Assembly (NCBI RefSeq): GCF_021869535.1
Contig: NW_026262712.1
Coordinates: 105,462,001 to 105,526,000 of the forward strand
Length of the DNA stretch: 64,000 nucleotides
Source of the DNA: Mytilus californianus
Lineage: Eukaryota
Reading direction: 5' to 3'
Made by a program: the position numbers and the translations under genes. Positions 24,485 through 37,385 of this stretch are shown piece by piece; positions within the stretch are counted from its first letter, which is position 1, and every line of letters begins with the position of its first letter. The notes below the pieces were generated by a model. That model was given only the letters and a program-made list of their open reading frames with translations, was not told the origin of the DNA and searched no databases.

Positions 24485-25550
24485 CGTCTGTTGTGACGTT
24501 TTGGATTTCAATGAACGTAATCTATGTATTACTGGTATAATATCAAGTCAGGGATTTCGTTACCACAAATTACTTAATACCTTTACTAAATTCTTCCATG
24601 GATATAAAGATTTGGTTTTGATGTTTGTTTGTACCTGTAGAAAACTTATTTCAAACTGGATAACACATTCTTTTTTTTACTGAGATCTTGTTTACCGAGT
24701 CCGGCAATTTCGATACGATCCGGATAAACTTATCGATCCTTTAAATAACCTTTTTCTAAAAGCTTACAATTCAAAGCTAAGATCAGATCTTTGAATATTG
24801 TTTTTATTTGTATTGATATTGATTTTACTATCTGTAAATTAAAATCAAACTAAATACTAATTATATATATATATCTGCACATTCATGGCTCTAGAATATG
24901 TTGATACCTGTACATTGTATCTTGGCTTTGTACATGTGATGTTTTTTTCTCTGACTGTTTATGACGTTTTTACACTGAATCCAATGGATGTTGGATGTGT
25001 ACTGAATAATGTTTTAGTCTTAGATGCACGATTTTGTTCATTAGTTGTTAGTGTCTTTCTGTTGTGTGGATGTATAAGTACCCGTCCATGTCCATTCTGT
25101 TTTTTTTGTTAGATGTATTTCTATTTGTATCCATCTGATGAGTTAAGACTTTTTTCAACTGATTTTTATAGTTCGTTCTTATGTTGTACTGTTACACCAC
25201 TGTCCCAGGTTAGGAGGAGGGTTTGGCGCCATCAAACTAGTTAACCCCGCCACATTCTGCAAGTGCCTGTCCCAAGTCAGGAGACTGTAATTCAGTAGTA
25301 ATCGTTTTTTGCTGTGTATGATATTTGTTTTTTATTCATTATTTTGTACATAAATTAGGTCGTGAGTTTTCTCGTTTGAATTGTTTTACATTTGTCGTTT
25401 CGGGGCCTTTTATAGCTGACTACGCGGTATGGGTTTGGCTCATTGTTGAAGGCCGTACGCGTACGGTGACCTATAGTTATTAATTTCTATGTCATTTAGT
25501 CTTCTGTGAAGAGTTGTCATATTGGCAATCATCCCACATCTCCTTTTTTA
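24485..25550 (+). mobile_element. Penelope-like (Naiad-type) RT C-terminus + complete 3' end (family A)
   Basis: DFNERNLCITG..SQGFRYHKL...CTCRKLI...ICKLKSN* then a 3' region containing a twister fold. Ends ...CCACATCTCCTTTTTTATAT. Confidence 0.85.
25196..25299 (+). ncRNA. Twister ribozyme, type P5 permutation, core intact
   Basis: CAGGTT-A-GGAG-GAGGG-[TGGCGCCA, AACTAGTT]-TAA-CCCC-GC-CAC..GTG-CCTG-TCCCAAGT-CAGG-A-GACTG. T1 CCC/GGG. Predicted cut 25242/25243. Confidence 0.72.
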
Positions 25551-25624
25551 TATGAATGAAAAGCAAATATTACAGACAGCAATCTGGTTCATATTTAATA
25601 TATGTTTCTGGCCAGAGACATGGA

Positions 25625-25860
25625 CATAAACAATGTGGTGGAGAGGGGCAAAAGATACCAGAGGGACATTCAAACTCATAAATCGAAAATAAACTGTCAA
25701 CGCCAGTAATAAAAAAGAAAAAGACAAACAGATAAACAATAGTACACAAAACACAACATAGAAAACTAAATACTAAGCAACACGAACCCCACTAAAACTG
25801 GGGGTGATCTCAGGTGCTCCGGAAGGGTAAGCAGATCCTGCTCCACATGCGGCACTTGTC
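25625..25860 (-). repeat. Family-B Penelope-like 3' end copy
   Basis: AAAGATACCAGAGGGACATTCAAACTCAT...GGAAGGGTAAGCAGATCCTGCTCCACATG, homologous to 10710-10935. Confidence 0.8.
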
Positions 25861-26659
25861 GTCAGCGTTCAACCCTTCCCCATTAGATGGGACCTGTGAC
25901 GTAACAACATATCATAAGAACTATAATAATAAGTTGGAAAGTGCTTGACCCCTTAGATTGGGTTCAGAACTAAGAGTACTTACAATTACTGAAAGCTTGT
26001 TCAAAGACCAACATCAGCTAATGAATAAACCATGTTCTTCCAGACTGTAATGTCAATCAGTACACACCCATGTGCAAAGACCTCATTTATAAGAAATTAC
26101 TAAATACGATGCCACTATATAAGTATTGACAAGATACAGGACCATTAGTATTAACATATATTTAACCGAAACTGTTTTGTTGTAAATTAAACTATTTAAA
26201 AATTAAATAAATTTTAAAACCGATAAAGACAATTTTAAGCATCTTACTTTAATGCTTATTGTTAACCGTAATAATCTATATTCTAATGCAATTTTAATGT
26301 AACCACTTTTTCATTGGCTAAAAGTTACCGTCAAATCCACAGTTGACCAGTCGTAACTAAGGAGAGACCCGCCATTTTGAATAGATTGAATAACAAATGT
26401 TCGATTTCTACAATATAATCACAAATTAAATAACACCAACCCCAAAATCGCCGTTTTAATGTGATTTCATCCAAATTTGAATCGTAGAGGTAACGTAATA
26501 ACCTCCAAGTTGTAAGTTTTAATTTGTATGACGTCACGTTTAGCCATAACGTCTTTGTGCAAAAATCATTCATAAAGTTTCGCGGATTTTTTTTTATTTC
26601 AAATTTAAACATTTTGTCAAGCTCTAACGTATTATTACTTTTTGTAATGCATTAGAATC

Positions 26660-26824
26660 GGAATAACAGTACTGTAGTTGAAGAGTTGCCACCGTCAATT
26701 TTGATTTGACGGTCGCAAATTGACGTTTTACTGTCTCCGCTACGCGTCGCCAGTAAAACTGCATTTGCGACCGTCAAATCGCCAATTGACGGTGGCAACT
26801 CTTCAACTACAGTACTGTTATTCC
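26660..26824. repeat. 165-bp near-perfect hairpin / MITE just 3' of the GPCR stop
   Basis: GGAATAACAGTACTGTAGTTGAAGAGTTGCCACCGTCAATT... and its exact reverse complement, plus an inner inverted segment. Confidence 0.9.
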
Positions 26825-26838
26825 TTAATTTTATTTTA

Positions 26839-29800
26839 TTACAAATCAGTTGAATGTGTCCTAGTTGTTCGACTGATTGCATATATAGCGTTGGAGTTTG
26901 GTGTTGAAAAACGCAGTTTGCCTTTATACAAAGATACTGTTTTTCTATTACATATAAATGAGACGAATATAAACACTCCTTGAAGTGCATTTAAGAGCCA
27001 CACAATCAAAGAAAATGCATTTTCTTGAAGAGATGACGGTAAAAAAGATTCAGCTATTTGGAAAATCCACGTTATTCCGGTTATCGTAAATAGTTTGACG
27101 TAAACAGTGAACTGAGTTCTATTTGGTCCAAGCTGTTCATCTGTTACCCTGCAACTAGAAGCAATAGTTCTAGCAGTGAGTGAGAACAAGGCTACATTAC
27201 TACAACATACAAGAACAATAGGTGCCATAAATGTGATAATGATAGATATTTGTTGATTTAAAAAACACACGTGTCCACCATAACCAATCGCGTTGTCACT
27301 ATGAACAATGGACGTTAATCCAACGTTGCAAGAAACAATCAAGAAGGGCACTCCATAAGAGTATAACACATACAGAAGAATGGTTCTTGTTTGCTTGGCA
27401 ATTTCATTTTGGTGTCTAGTAATGCAGATACTGCTAAACATACGATACATATGAAATGAACATACATTCAAACATCCAAAGGTAGCTAACCACAAGTAGT
27501 GTATCAAAATTCCAATAACAAAACAGAGTGTCTTATTGGTTGTTTGGTATAATCCAAATTGATAGATAGAATGAGAACAAAACATTGCAAACACTAATGA
27601 CATGTTGATTTTTCCTGGTAAGGTTCGCAGTGACGGAAATATCAAATACGTCAAAAACGTCAAAAATAAACATACTAAGGAGATACAAGTACAAATCATC
27701 AAAACAATTCCAGAAACATCCTTATATATGTTTGATTCGCTCTCTTCTTTAATGAGCCATTCGTAATCTTCCTTACAGATTCTTGCGCCAATTGACGGTG
27801 TTATAATATATTTAATAGGACTTAATTTCTTCCTTGAAAAGCCGACAATTAAATTACGTGTCTCATTTTCTACGCTGAATTCTGCATCTTTCAGGTCAAT
27901 CTGTTTACAAATAAGCAGCTCCGATACTAATATATACGTTTTCATCCTGGCACCTTCTTCTGAATATATATAACAGGTTCCATTCAAATGGGATGTTTTG
28001 GATGTATCTGGCAACAGTAAAGGGTAATACTGCTCTGTTACTGTAAACTTATAAATAAAATTCCCATGTAAAATGTCAATTGTTGAGTTAGTCAGTTTTA
28101 ATAAATTTTCTTCAACCTGTGTCCGATTTACATGCATGAACAACGGAAATGACATCTTCAGATAAATTGATAAGCTAATGTTTTTTCCTCTTTCAAATGT
28201 TAACTCGTCCGAGCATGAAGATCTAAATTTCAAAATAAGAAGGTCTTGCTGGAAAGAAGCCGTAATATTGGTAATGTGTGATATGAAGCTGACCTTAACT
28301 ATTTGTAAGAATTCCGCACTAGTTACATTGTCGTTGAATATAACTCCTTCCAACCCAAGTGTAAGAATATATCCCAGACCATACGTTATTTCTAGCAGTG
28401 GAACGCATACATTCTTTCTTAATACTCGTCCGGGAAAACAAGTCAGGTCTGAACAAGTATGCTTCAAAAAAAATATATATATTATCAACATATTTCTTTT
28501 TTGTAAGTTTGATAATTTATGAGTATTAATAAATTAGGCTGGATTTCATTCGCTAATATTGGAAAAGACGCGGATTGAAATGAAATTTACCAGACAAAAG
28601 TCCTGTCGGTGTCCTTTGAAAATAAAAATAACACTTAATAAATTAGTTGTATTCAAACTGCTTTCTTGATTTATCTTCATCAGGAACGCCCAAAGCCAAA
28701 CTTTGAAAGCAAAGGATGTGTAAGACCCGAAACACTTATTTGACGTATCATTAGAGGAGCCCGAAATCAATAAGCTGAAAACAACACAACTACACTACCC
28801 ATGATGATCCCTATGCAGCAACTAAAACCAGACAACTTTACTATATCTGAGGACCCTTGTATAAAGAATATAAATTTGTTATAAAAATCGGATTTGTAGC
28901 TTCATATATGAGATTTCCTATCCGTTGCTTACAGACACTAAATTTAGAATATCCTAATACCCTACAAACAGACATGAATGGCTATTATTGTTTTGCTTAA
29001 GAGAAAAGAACTGTAGAAATAACAAAGATGAACGCCTAAAGTAGTAGCCCACTGTAGCGTCACTCTTATATCTTAAACGCTTTTGAGCGGAGAGGCATAG
29101 AAATAAACCAAATCCAGCATGACTTTTCCTATTACCAACAGAAAAAAAGACAAATTTCCAAGAAGAGTTAGAATCCTAATTTTCAAAACTATAAACTTTG
29201 GTGGATAGTTGTCTCATTTGCAATCATACCACATCTCCTTATTTTTATAACATAAATAAAAACAAAATATTACCATAATAGAGTTGTAAAATTGGTCCTG
29301 TCTGCACTCCTTCTTGAATATTTTGTCTGTAGATGTTCTTTCGTAGTTTAAAAGAGAAAATAAGACACGATACGTAGGTTGGAAAATGTAGGTGGGATCG
29401 ACAATGTCAGAACCATTGGTGTTTTTAATTTCAAAATGTATGTCTATACTGATATCGTCTGCTAAATTTTCATGTGGATTGTTACATTCTTTACAAAATA
29501 CATTTTTATAAGGGGCATGATATTCTATTTCAGGAAGATTAATGCAGTTTTTCAAAGCATACTCGTTGTACAGGAGTTCTGGCCACATTCCAGTTTGATT
29601 ACAAGTAGTATACACAATTTCTGTGTTAATTTCAGGATTACATATTTTGCAGAATGGATTTTCACCATTTTTTGGTACGACTAAACGTTCACATGCCCAT
29701 CTGATGTTATAGTCTAACTTTTGCAATTTTCCTGTAGAATTACATTTACTGAAGCTTTTATCTCCACACTCAACAGTATTACCTGATGGTTTAAGATCTA

Positions 29801-31517
29801 TTGTACATTTATTTTTCATCGCAAATTTGAAATATTCCTGTAAAGAAATATGAATGACATACGGAATATATGTTCTGCAAGAAATAGAAAATTTCCATAT
29901 TTCTATATCATTTGTAATCTCCTCCTCTATGAACGTTACGTTTATTTCTTTATATTGGCATAAATAGCAAAAGATATTTTTGAATGGAATATCATCTTTA
30001 ATAAATTTCACTGGTAAAATGTTCAACAGGTTCTGGTTAGAGTTCTGTTTACAAAGCATGTGTAACCGAGACTGTGGAAAATTGGAACAATCATCATAAA
30101 CTATATATGTTTTCCTATTCAGTGAGTATTTATCCAAAGTGCAGGTTTTACTAGGCTCAAAAAGTTTGTCAATGCAACAAGGATTAAAATATGACCGATG
30201 TCTAACGCTACAATGGACATCGCAGTCACAGTTCTCTAGTTCTGTAAACGTTGAGTAGTTTTTACAAAATAATTCACGTCCAGAAAATGCCAAGTACTTA
30301 GAATATATGTCTAACAAATCATCTATGTACATGTCTAATTGGCTTGAGTTTGAAAAATCATCCAAAGGTTTAGTAAGAAAATGTACCAAAGATTCATTAA
30401 CATAACTGGAATATTCAATGTCCGAATTTTTGGCCAGCGTGTAAAGTATATATTTCAAATTTAATTTCTTAATTTTGAATAGATATTCGAACTGACCATG
30501 TGTTTCTACATCATACGTTACATCAATAAAGTTATACTGCGTTAGTTTGTCATTGTTTCTATTACAAAAGTAACAGTATATATTCTTGAAGTTACCTATT
30601 ACTTGAGTTCTTGGTGTTTCAAGACATAGCTTTTCCAGCTCTAGATCATATGGGTGCCACAAACATGTATCATTGCAATTCGAAATATAATGGTCACCAT
30701 ACAGGGGTGGATTACAAAGATAACAAAAAATGTTTTTGAAGTAATCAAAATTATGATCGTAAGTCTGACATGCGTGATCTATGTCTGAATCGTATGATTT
30801 CCATGTGCCAGAAATGTTACATGAATTAATCCCATAGAAGAGCCTCGAGTTTTCAATGCTGCATGATCTGAGATTCAATTCTTTCGTTGAGTCTTTTATA
30901 TAGGCTATACTACAATTATTATCAATCGAAACATTATAAAGGTCATCATATGATGACATGAAATTAAAATCTACTGACTGGCGGCAATCAATACCAATTC
31001 CCCATGCCAATAGATCTTCTGGAGTCTCTTTGTGACAGACTGAACAATAATTGTTCCTATACGTTAGACCTGTTTTCAATGATGTCAGGGGCATATTTCT
31101 AATAAGGTTGTTCCAATTATCCTCAACATAACATACATTACGATCATTTTCAATGGAACCTTGTGGACAAGATGTGACCATTAAAACGGAAGGATTTCTA
31201 TATTTGTTGATGCTGATTGGATAATTATTGTTTACGTTCCACCACAATCCTTTAAGTATACCTGGATTTACACATGAAATATTGAGTGCATAAAATACTT
31301 CAGGACAACAGTTGCCATACTGAATACACCTAATGTTACAACTGCATAAAGGACAAAGACCAAACTTTCCCATAACAAATGAAGATCTGCTCGTTTCACT
31401 GCTACTGCAACTATAATGTCCACACATTGACGAATATTGTATCATAATCTGTGTTATGTTCAATAAATTAACTGAATTAAACACCAGTAATGGAAAGAGT
31501 CCTCTTATTAAAATCAT
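26839..31517 (-). CDS. Cys-rich-ectodomain 7TM receptor (Methuselah-like / secretin-adhesion family B type); coding exons 31517-29274 and 28461-26839, ~1288 aa
   Basis: Polypyrimidine-AG at 31538 precedes ATG 31517 and a signal-like N-terminus. Phase-0 GT (29273) / AG (28462) joins ...FYNSIM-HTCSDLTC. Seven hydrophobic helices with LRTLPGK, HYLWLATF, C-F-L (ECL2) and NALQGVFIF motifs. No stops. Confidence 0.88.
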
Positions 31518-34500
31518 GTTACTGTTGAAAGTTAATTCTGAAAAAAAAAACAAGAAGTGGTATTCAGAACTGATTTTAATTATTTTAAAAAGCAATTTCT
31601 TTTGATGTTGATGTTGCTCAATTGCTGTCTCATTGACTAAAACTTCACATCTCCTTTTATTCACAATTGTAAAGGCACTGCACAGTAAGTGCCCCATAGC
31701 AATCACTCCATTTGTCTCTCTATCTGTCATCCTGCCAGTCCGTCCGTCAGCAATTCCATGTCGTAAATAAAACCTTGCTTCAACCGATTCACGTCAATTG
31801 TAACCTTAACGGTAATATTGATTGTAAAAGAAAAGTTCATTTCGATATTTTTGGTAAACTTTTCGCAAAAAAGGGTGGTTAAAAAAATAGATTTTGTTAA
31901 AAAAAAATACACAAACTTTAAGAAAATTATGTGGGTCCTATGATTTCAACAATCATAAGAATTTAGTCAACAAATGTCATTTATAACTGACTCTTAGTTT
32001 GAAAAAAAATAGTTTTTGTGAATAATAAAAATTAGTTTTAGTTAAAAACAAATCACAAATCTTTATAAAATTCTCTTTTTGTTAGAGTTTCAAAGAATTC
32101 GAAGGATTTTAACGAAAATTGATAAATAGGTTCACTGGGAAATTCCAAATTGTTCCCTTTGACAATTTGGATAAAACATTTACTTTTGTTTAGAAAATTA
32201 CAAATTTTGAAAATTTCATCTTTGTGCTTGGATTTAAAAAAAAATTGAAAATTGAAAACGAAGGTATAATCTGATTTGCCAAGTTGATTAACAGTTTTAA
32301 AATTAGTTGAGCAGGGTAATTATTTTCAAAGATATCTTTCACACTTTTTTAATGTCATTCGTGTGCTTTATATAATACTGTGGATTGGTTGTAATGCACA
32401 CATTAATATTTGTATACGGAATATTTCTCGTAGTCGAATGCACAAACGTCAAAGTGATTAAAACTTAAAGAAACATTAATAATATGAAAAACTCATCTTG
32501 AATTCATTCCTGTTGTCAAACTGTACGGGAAAGTGATACTACATGGACAGATATTACTTTCTTCAAATCTGTATTAACTATTTGTTTTCTGTGTCTTTCA
32601 CTAAAATGTGTGAGCGGACCTTGCCGACATGAATTTTTTTTAAGTTTCGTACATTTTTTCACGGGCGAAATGAAATTGACCAAAACTAAAAATAAGTTTA
32701 TGACAAGCCAGTCGACAAGTATTTAATGAAAGACTCAATGTATGTATGTAACGTTTGATATAAGAAAATCTCAATAGTGATAATATATTGTTTCGTAACT
32801 GATGAGTTTAGCTTTATATATAAAGATGTTAAGGTATAGACATTTAAACACCTAACATTTTTACCAGTTAAGTAATTTTAGGAAATTTTTGATGTCGATT
32901 TTTTTAACTCTTGATAGACATATTACAAAAAAGAAACACAACAGTTTAGGTGTTCTATAAACAGTTGAAAACCGGAGCACTTGCGATCATCTCAGGTTTT
33001 TGGTGGCGTTCCTGTTGCTAAGTCTATAGTTTTCCAAATTGTGTTTTGTATACTGTGTCTTTTCTTTAGGTCGTTTTTCGTTTATTTTCCATGACGTTGT
33101 CAGTTTGTTTTCCACTAATGAGTTTGAATGTTCCTTTGGTATATTTTGCCTCTCTCTTGAGATTTTATTGAAAAGTAGTATTATACATACTAAAGTATAC
33201 CTGTGACACGCCATGACATTTTTAGGCTTATTGTAATGTAGCGTCATTGATATAACGAAGGTATTCAAAGTGAATGTCATGTCACATAATGAATGGTGTT
33301 AAATTAACGATTTCTATAATGAATTTCAATTCTGTGATTTCAATATTACACTTGGAAATAAATAAAGTTTTGTTTGTTTGTAGAAAGCGAATTAATTAAA
33401 AAAAAAGGTGACAAGAAATGTTTTCTTTCGTATTCCTTCACAATGACATAACATTTCTTGAATAATGATGATTCAATGGTGAGTAATCAGTTTTAGGATT
33501 TGCATTTCAAAAATGATGGCCATCAAACACTACTGAAGAGATATTAATAGTACAGTTGGTACTATTACTGTTAAAATAGACCACTGACAACAGACATCAC
33601 AGTATGGGAACATCAGTAAACTAATGTCTACATATAAAAATATTATCTTAAGTTGAAGAATTTTGTGAACAGCTGTTATCATGTTTATTTCCCTACTTTT
33701 AACCTTTTACCTCTTTTCAACTTATGTTTTTTATTACTCTTCTGTGTATTGTCTAAGCAAGCAATATAATCATAAAAAAGGTTTTCTTCTAATTCTATAT
33801 TATATTTATATTTCAAACTTACAGTTATTACAGAAGTTAAGCTCCTTTTGACATCACAGTATTCCTATTAGTTGATTGTGGTGTGCTGCGCGATAGAGGT
33901 GACAGATGTCTGAAGACCGATTAAGTCGTGTGTCATATTTATATCATCCAACATCCAATATATGTACTAATTAGTTGTTTTATTTGAAACTATTCCTGGA
34001 AGTATATAATTTTTCATTAAAACTATGAAATGAGTGCTTTCTGAATAATTATTTGCTCAATACAAATTGATCTCTCATGACTAATACAAAATTCTATTAT
34101 ATGATAACTGTGAAATTAGTTCTTTCTAAAGCAAATGTTGGCTCTGTGCATGCATATTCATTAAGGAATGATGTGTCCATCAACAAGGCGAATTTAGTTT
34201 CCATTAACTTGAAAATACTGAATTATGATTTTCGGATTACCTTTTCCCCTCCTATGAAATTGTTTAAATGCATAATATTCCTATCAATTTTCCAAATCTC
34301 TAATCAAGAATGTTTGAGTTGGTTCTGTTGTTTTTGCGTTTATTTATTTCTGAAATTATAACCAAAAATTTACAAAGAACTGAAATCCGTATTTATTTTC
34401 CTTTGCTTGCGCGCGTCTGGCGTACCAAATTATAAGACTGGTATATTGAATATTTTTTTTCCACGGCTGTAAGTTATATCTAGTGTCGTCCATCTTTCAT

Positions 34501-35267
34501 AGAAATTTAAAATGGCACTCATACCACATCTTCCTATATCTAATTACATTGGTGCAATAAAATACCGTGATTTCCAGTGAAATAAAAACCAATAATTTCA
34601 CATGTGAAATAAATCCGATATTTCACTCCTCTGACGTCAAACAACAAAGGGTGTTGCCTAGACATTGTCGATGACGTTTCATCACAATGTATTGGGAATG
34701 TGTATAAACAGATATCTTTCCTTATATTTTATACGTTATTTCAATTAAAAAGCCCATGGTCAACGTAATAAAATGTAATAATTCGTGACCGAACAACACT
34801 GATAATTAACTCATTGGTCAATTAATGTTTTGTTTGGTAATAAGTTGAAAATCTTTCGATAGGTGAATTCTTCGATTAGTTATTTTATAAACAATGGTTA
34901 CAAGAATGGGAAAGATCTTGGATACCAATTCTATGTTTTGCGATTTTTTCAATTGACTTTCACCTCTCCCAAATGATACCGAATCTATTTTGTGATGGCT
35001 GGAGGTTTAGAACATATTGGCTTGCATGATATCCACATACCTGTACTCTAAGGCTTCTGACAAACATCAATATCTGTACTTCAAAAACTGCCATCCTGCC
35101 CAATGTAATAAAATTATACAGTACAACGAAGCACTAAAGATCAACAACAAAACACGACAGAGGTCCCTCCACGTAGTCCAATGTACCACCCATTTGTGAA
35201 ATTCAGCCCCAATGTGATTAGGGAAAAAATGAAAATTGTTTCCAGAACGTATCAAATATGTTTCACG

Positions 35268-35299
<32 letters not shown>

Positions 35300-35691
35300 T
35301 TGAATAGCATTCTACAACCAGATGATCTAAGGAATCTGTTGCTTCAGGTTAAAGAGTATAAGTTTAATACTGCTTCTGGAGAATGTCATTGGTCTTTGAA
35401 GACTCTTCTTTCTTCTATCGACGATTACCCAAATGTTGCTTAACAACCGTCCATGATGAATATTTTGTTTTCCTCAAAGAAAATTGCTTTTCACAGAACA
35501 ATCTTTATTTTTCAGCGGATTTGTATAATGGATTTTGCGATGATGCATTTTCAAGATTCCAATTTATTTGCACCTAACAAAATAAGTTTATTGACTACTT
35601 GTCTTTTATCAAAAATATTTATTTATATCTTACATTAATATTTTTAGCTCAATATTATAATGTATGTATAAATAAATGTATAACAAACATA

Positions 35692-35821
35692 NNNNNNNNN
35701 NNNNNNNNNNNNNNNNNNNNNNNNNNNNNNNNNNNNNNNNNNNNNNNNNNNNNNNNNNNNNNNNNNNNNNNNNNNNNNNNNNNNNNNNNNNNNNNNNNNN
35801 NNNNNNNNNNNNNNNNNNNNN
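35692..35821. other. Assembly gap (130 N)
   Basis: Run of N. Confidence 1.
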
Positions 35822-37385
35822 TGCCCTCGTCATCATCATCATCATCTTCGTCATCTTCATCAACAAAAGTCGTTTTAAGAGGTGTTTTATGCTGTATCAC
35901 ATTCTGTATGCCTACAAACTAACTCTACCGTAATTAATTGTCGTTTTCTTTCAGGACATTCAGCACTAGTCATACTGGGAATTCATTTTTCCTGAGGTAA
36001 ACACAGACTATGGATAATATGTTGATTATTTCTTCTATTATTTATACATTTTAAATGTTAACTGATACTTAATGAAATATTATATTTACATGTAATCAGT
36101 TAAAGTCTAAGCTAGAATCACATGATTTGAAGGTCCGACATAAAATGTAGTTGAACGTCTTCATCTCGTTTCAATTTTGAAGATTGGTCCGCAATTTACA
36201 TTCATGCAATATGCCTTTCATCTACGTAGCTATTCGAAGTGCTGATACTTTCATCGGTAAAAAAATCCCCAGCGGTTGTTCTTAGGGGAAAAGTATAGAC
36301 AAATGTACTATGACATTCTAAAACATCAGTGTGAAATAAACGTATTCTAAACTTTGGAGCTGTAATATTTTTTTATACGACAATCAATATCACAACTAGT
36401 ATTGTTCAAATTTTGACATTCATTATTTAGATGATATAATGAAAAAAAGACGACAGTAGTTTACTGGTGTTCTATACTAGTAAATCCGTAGGGGATATGC
36501 TAGTTATTAGACAAAAACCTTAGGGAAAAAAGTAAAATAACAAAAATACCGAGCTCCAAGGAAAATTCAAAACGGAAATTATCTTATCAAATGGCAAAAT
36601 CAAAAGTTCAAACACATCAAATGAATGTCAGAGCACAACAACCATCGCAATAAATATAAGAGACAATACAGTATCGACTGCATAATAGATCTAGGGATAA
36701 AATGCGTCACAAGTTTATAGGAAAAAAGTTGTATTACATTAATAGCTCACAAGGAAAGTATCAATTTGAAATTTCGATCTGTTTTCGTTAAATAGCTAAA
36801 TGCACTTAATGCTCGCTTAGCAAGTTACAACTTTCAGCTATATTGAATTTCAAATGCGACGAACTAACTGTTATAACATATATAAGATCCTTGCGTATTT
36901 GTTTTATCGATATTGACATGTTTTTTTTTGTTTTGTTTTTGTATTAATTAATTAAATTAAGATATAGCAATGTATTGTTATACAGGTGTTATCACTTATG
37001 GCTAAACATCCTGTAGATACTTATATCTTGGCATTGCACAAGGTCATGTTTTCCTAGACCCTATTCGTAATTCATTAGTTATATAGTCATTTATTTTGTG
37101 TCTTGGGTACATGATTTTTATTAGTTGTTATTGGCTTTTGACTAGCTTTCCAAAGGGTACTTTGTGTACTTCGTGTTTTTTTTTGTGTGAATTGTTTGTG
37201 CTTTATAATCTGATGAATCGAACCCTTTTCAACTTATTTTTATAGTTCTTATGTGGTGCTGTTACACCCTTGTCCAAGGTTACGGTCAGGATTGCGCTCC
37301 AGCAAACAGGTTTCAACCCGCCTAATTAAGTATGTGTCTGTCCAAGTCAGTAGCCTGTAATTCGGTTGTTGTCGTTTTTTCTGTA

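Noticed and set aside
25196-25299. HDV-like ribozyme interpretation of the CCTG-TCCCAAGT-CAGG motif
   Set aside because: It lacks the GG for P1.1 and the J4/2 cytosine arrangement. The twister topology explains all conserved bases and the covariation.
29214-29273. C-terminal VIFCFYLCYKNKEMWYDCK of the 838-aa ORF
   Set aside because: It lies after the GT donor and runs into a common repeat end; intronic.
31518-31730. N-terminal 71 aa of the 838-aa ORF
   Set aside because: It reads through a T-rich acceptor (AG at 31538) and has no signal character, so it is treated as intron read-through. The real start is more likely ATG 31517.
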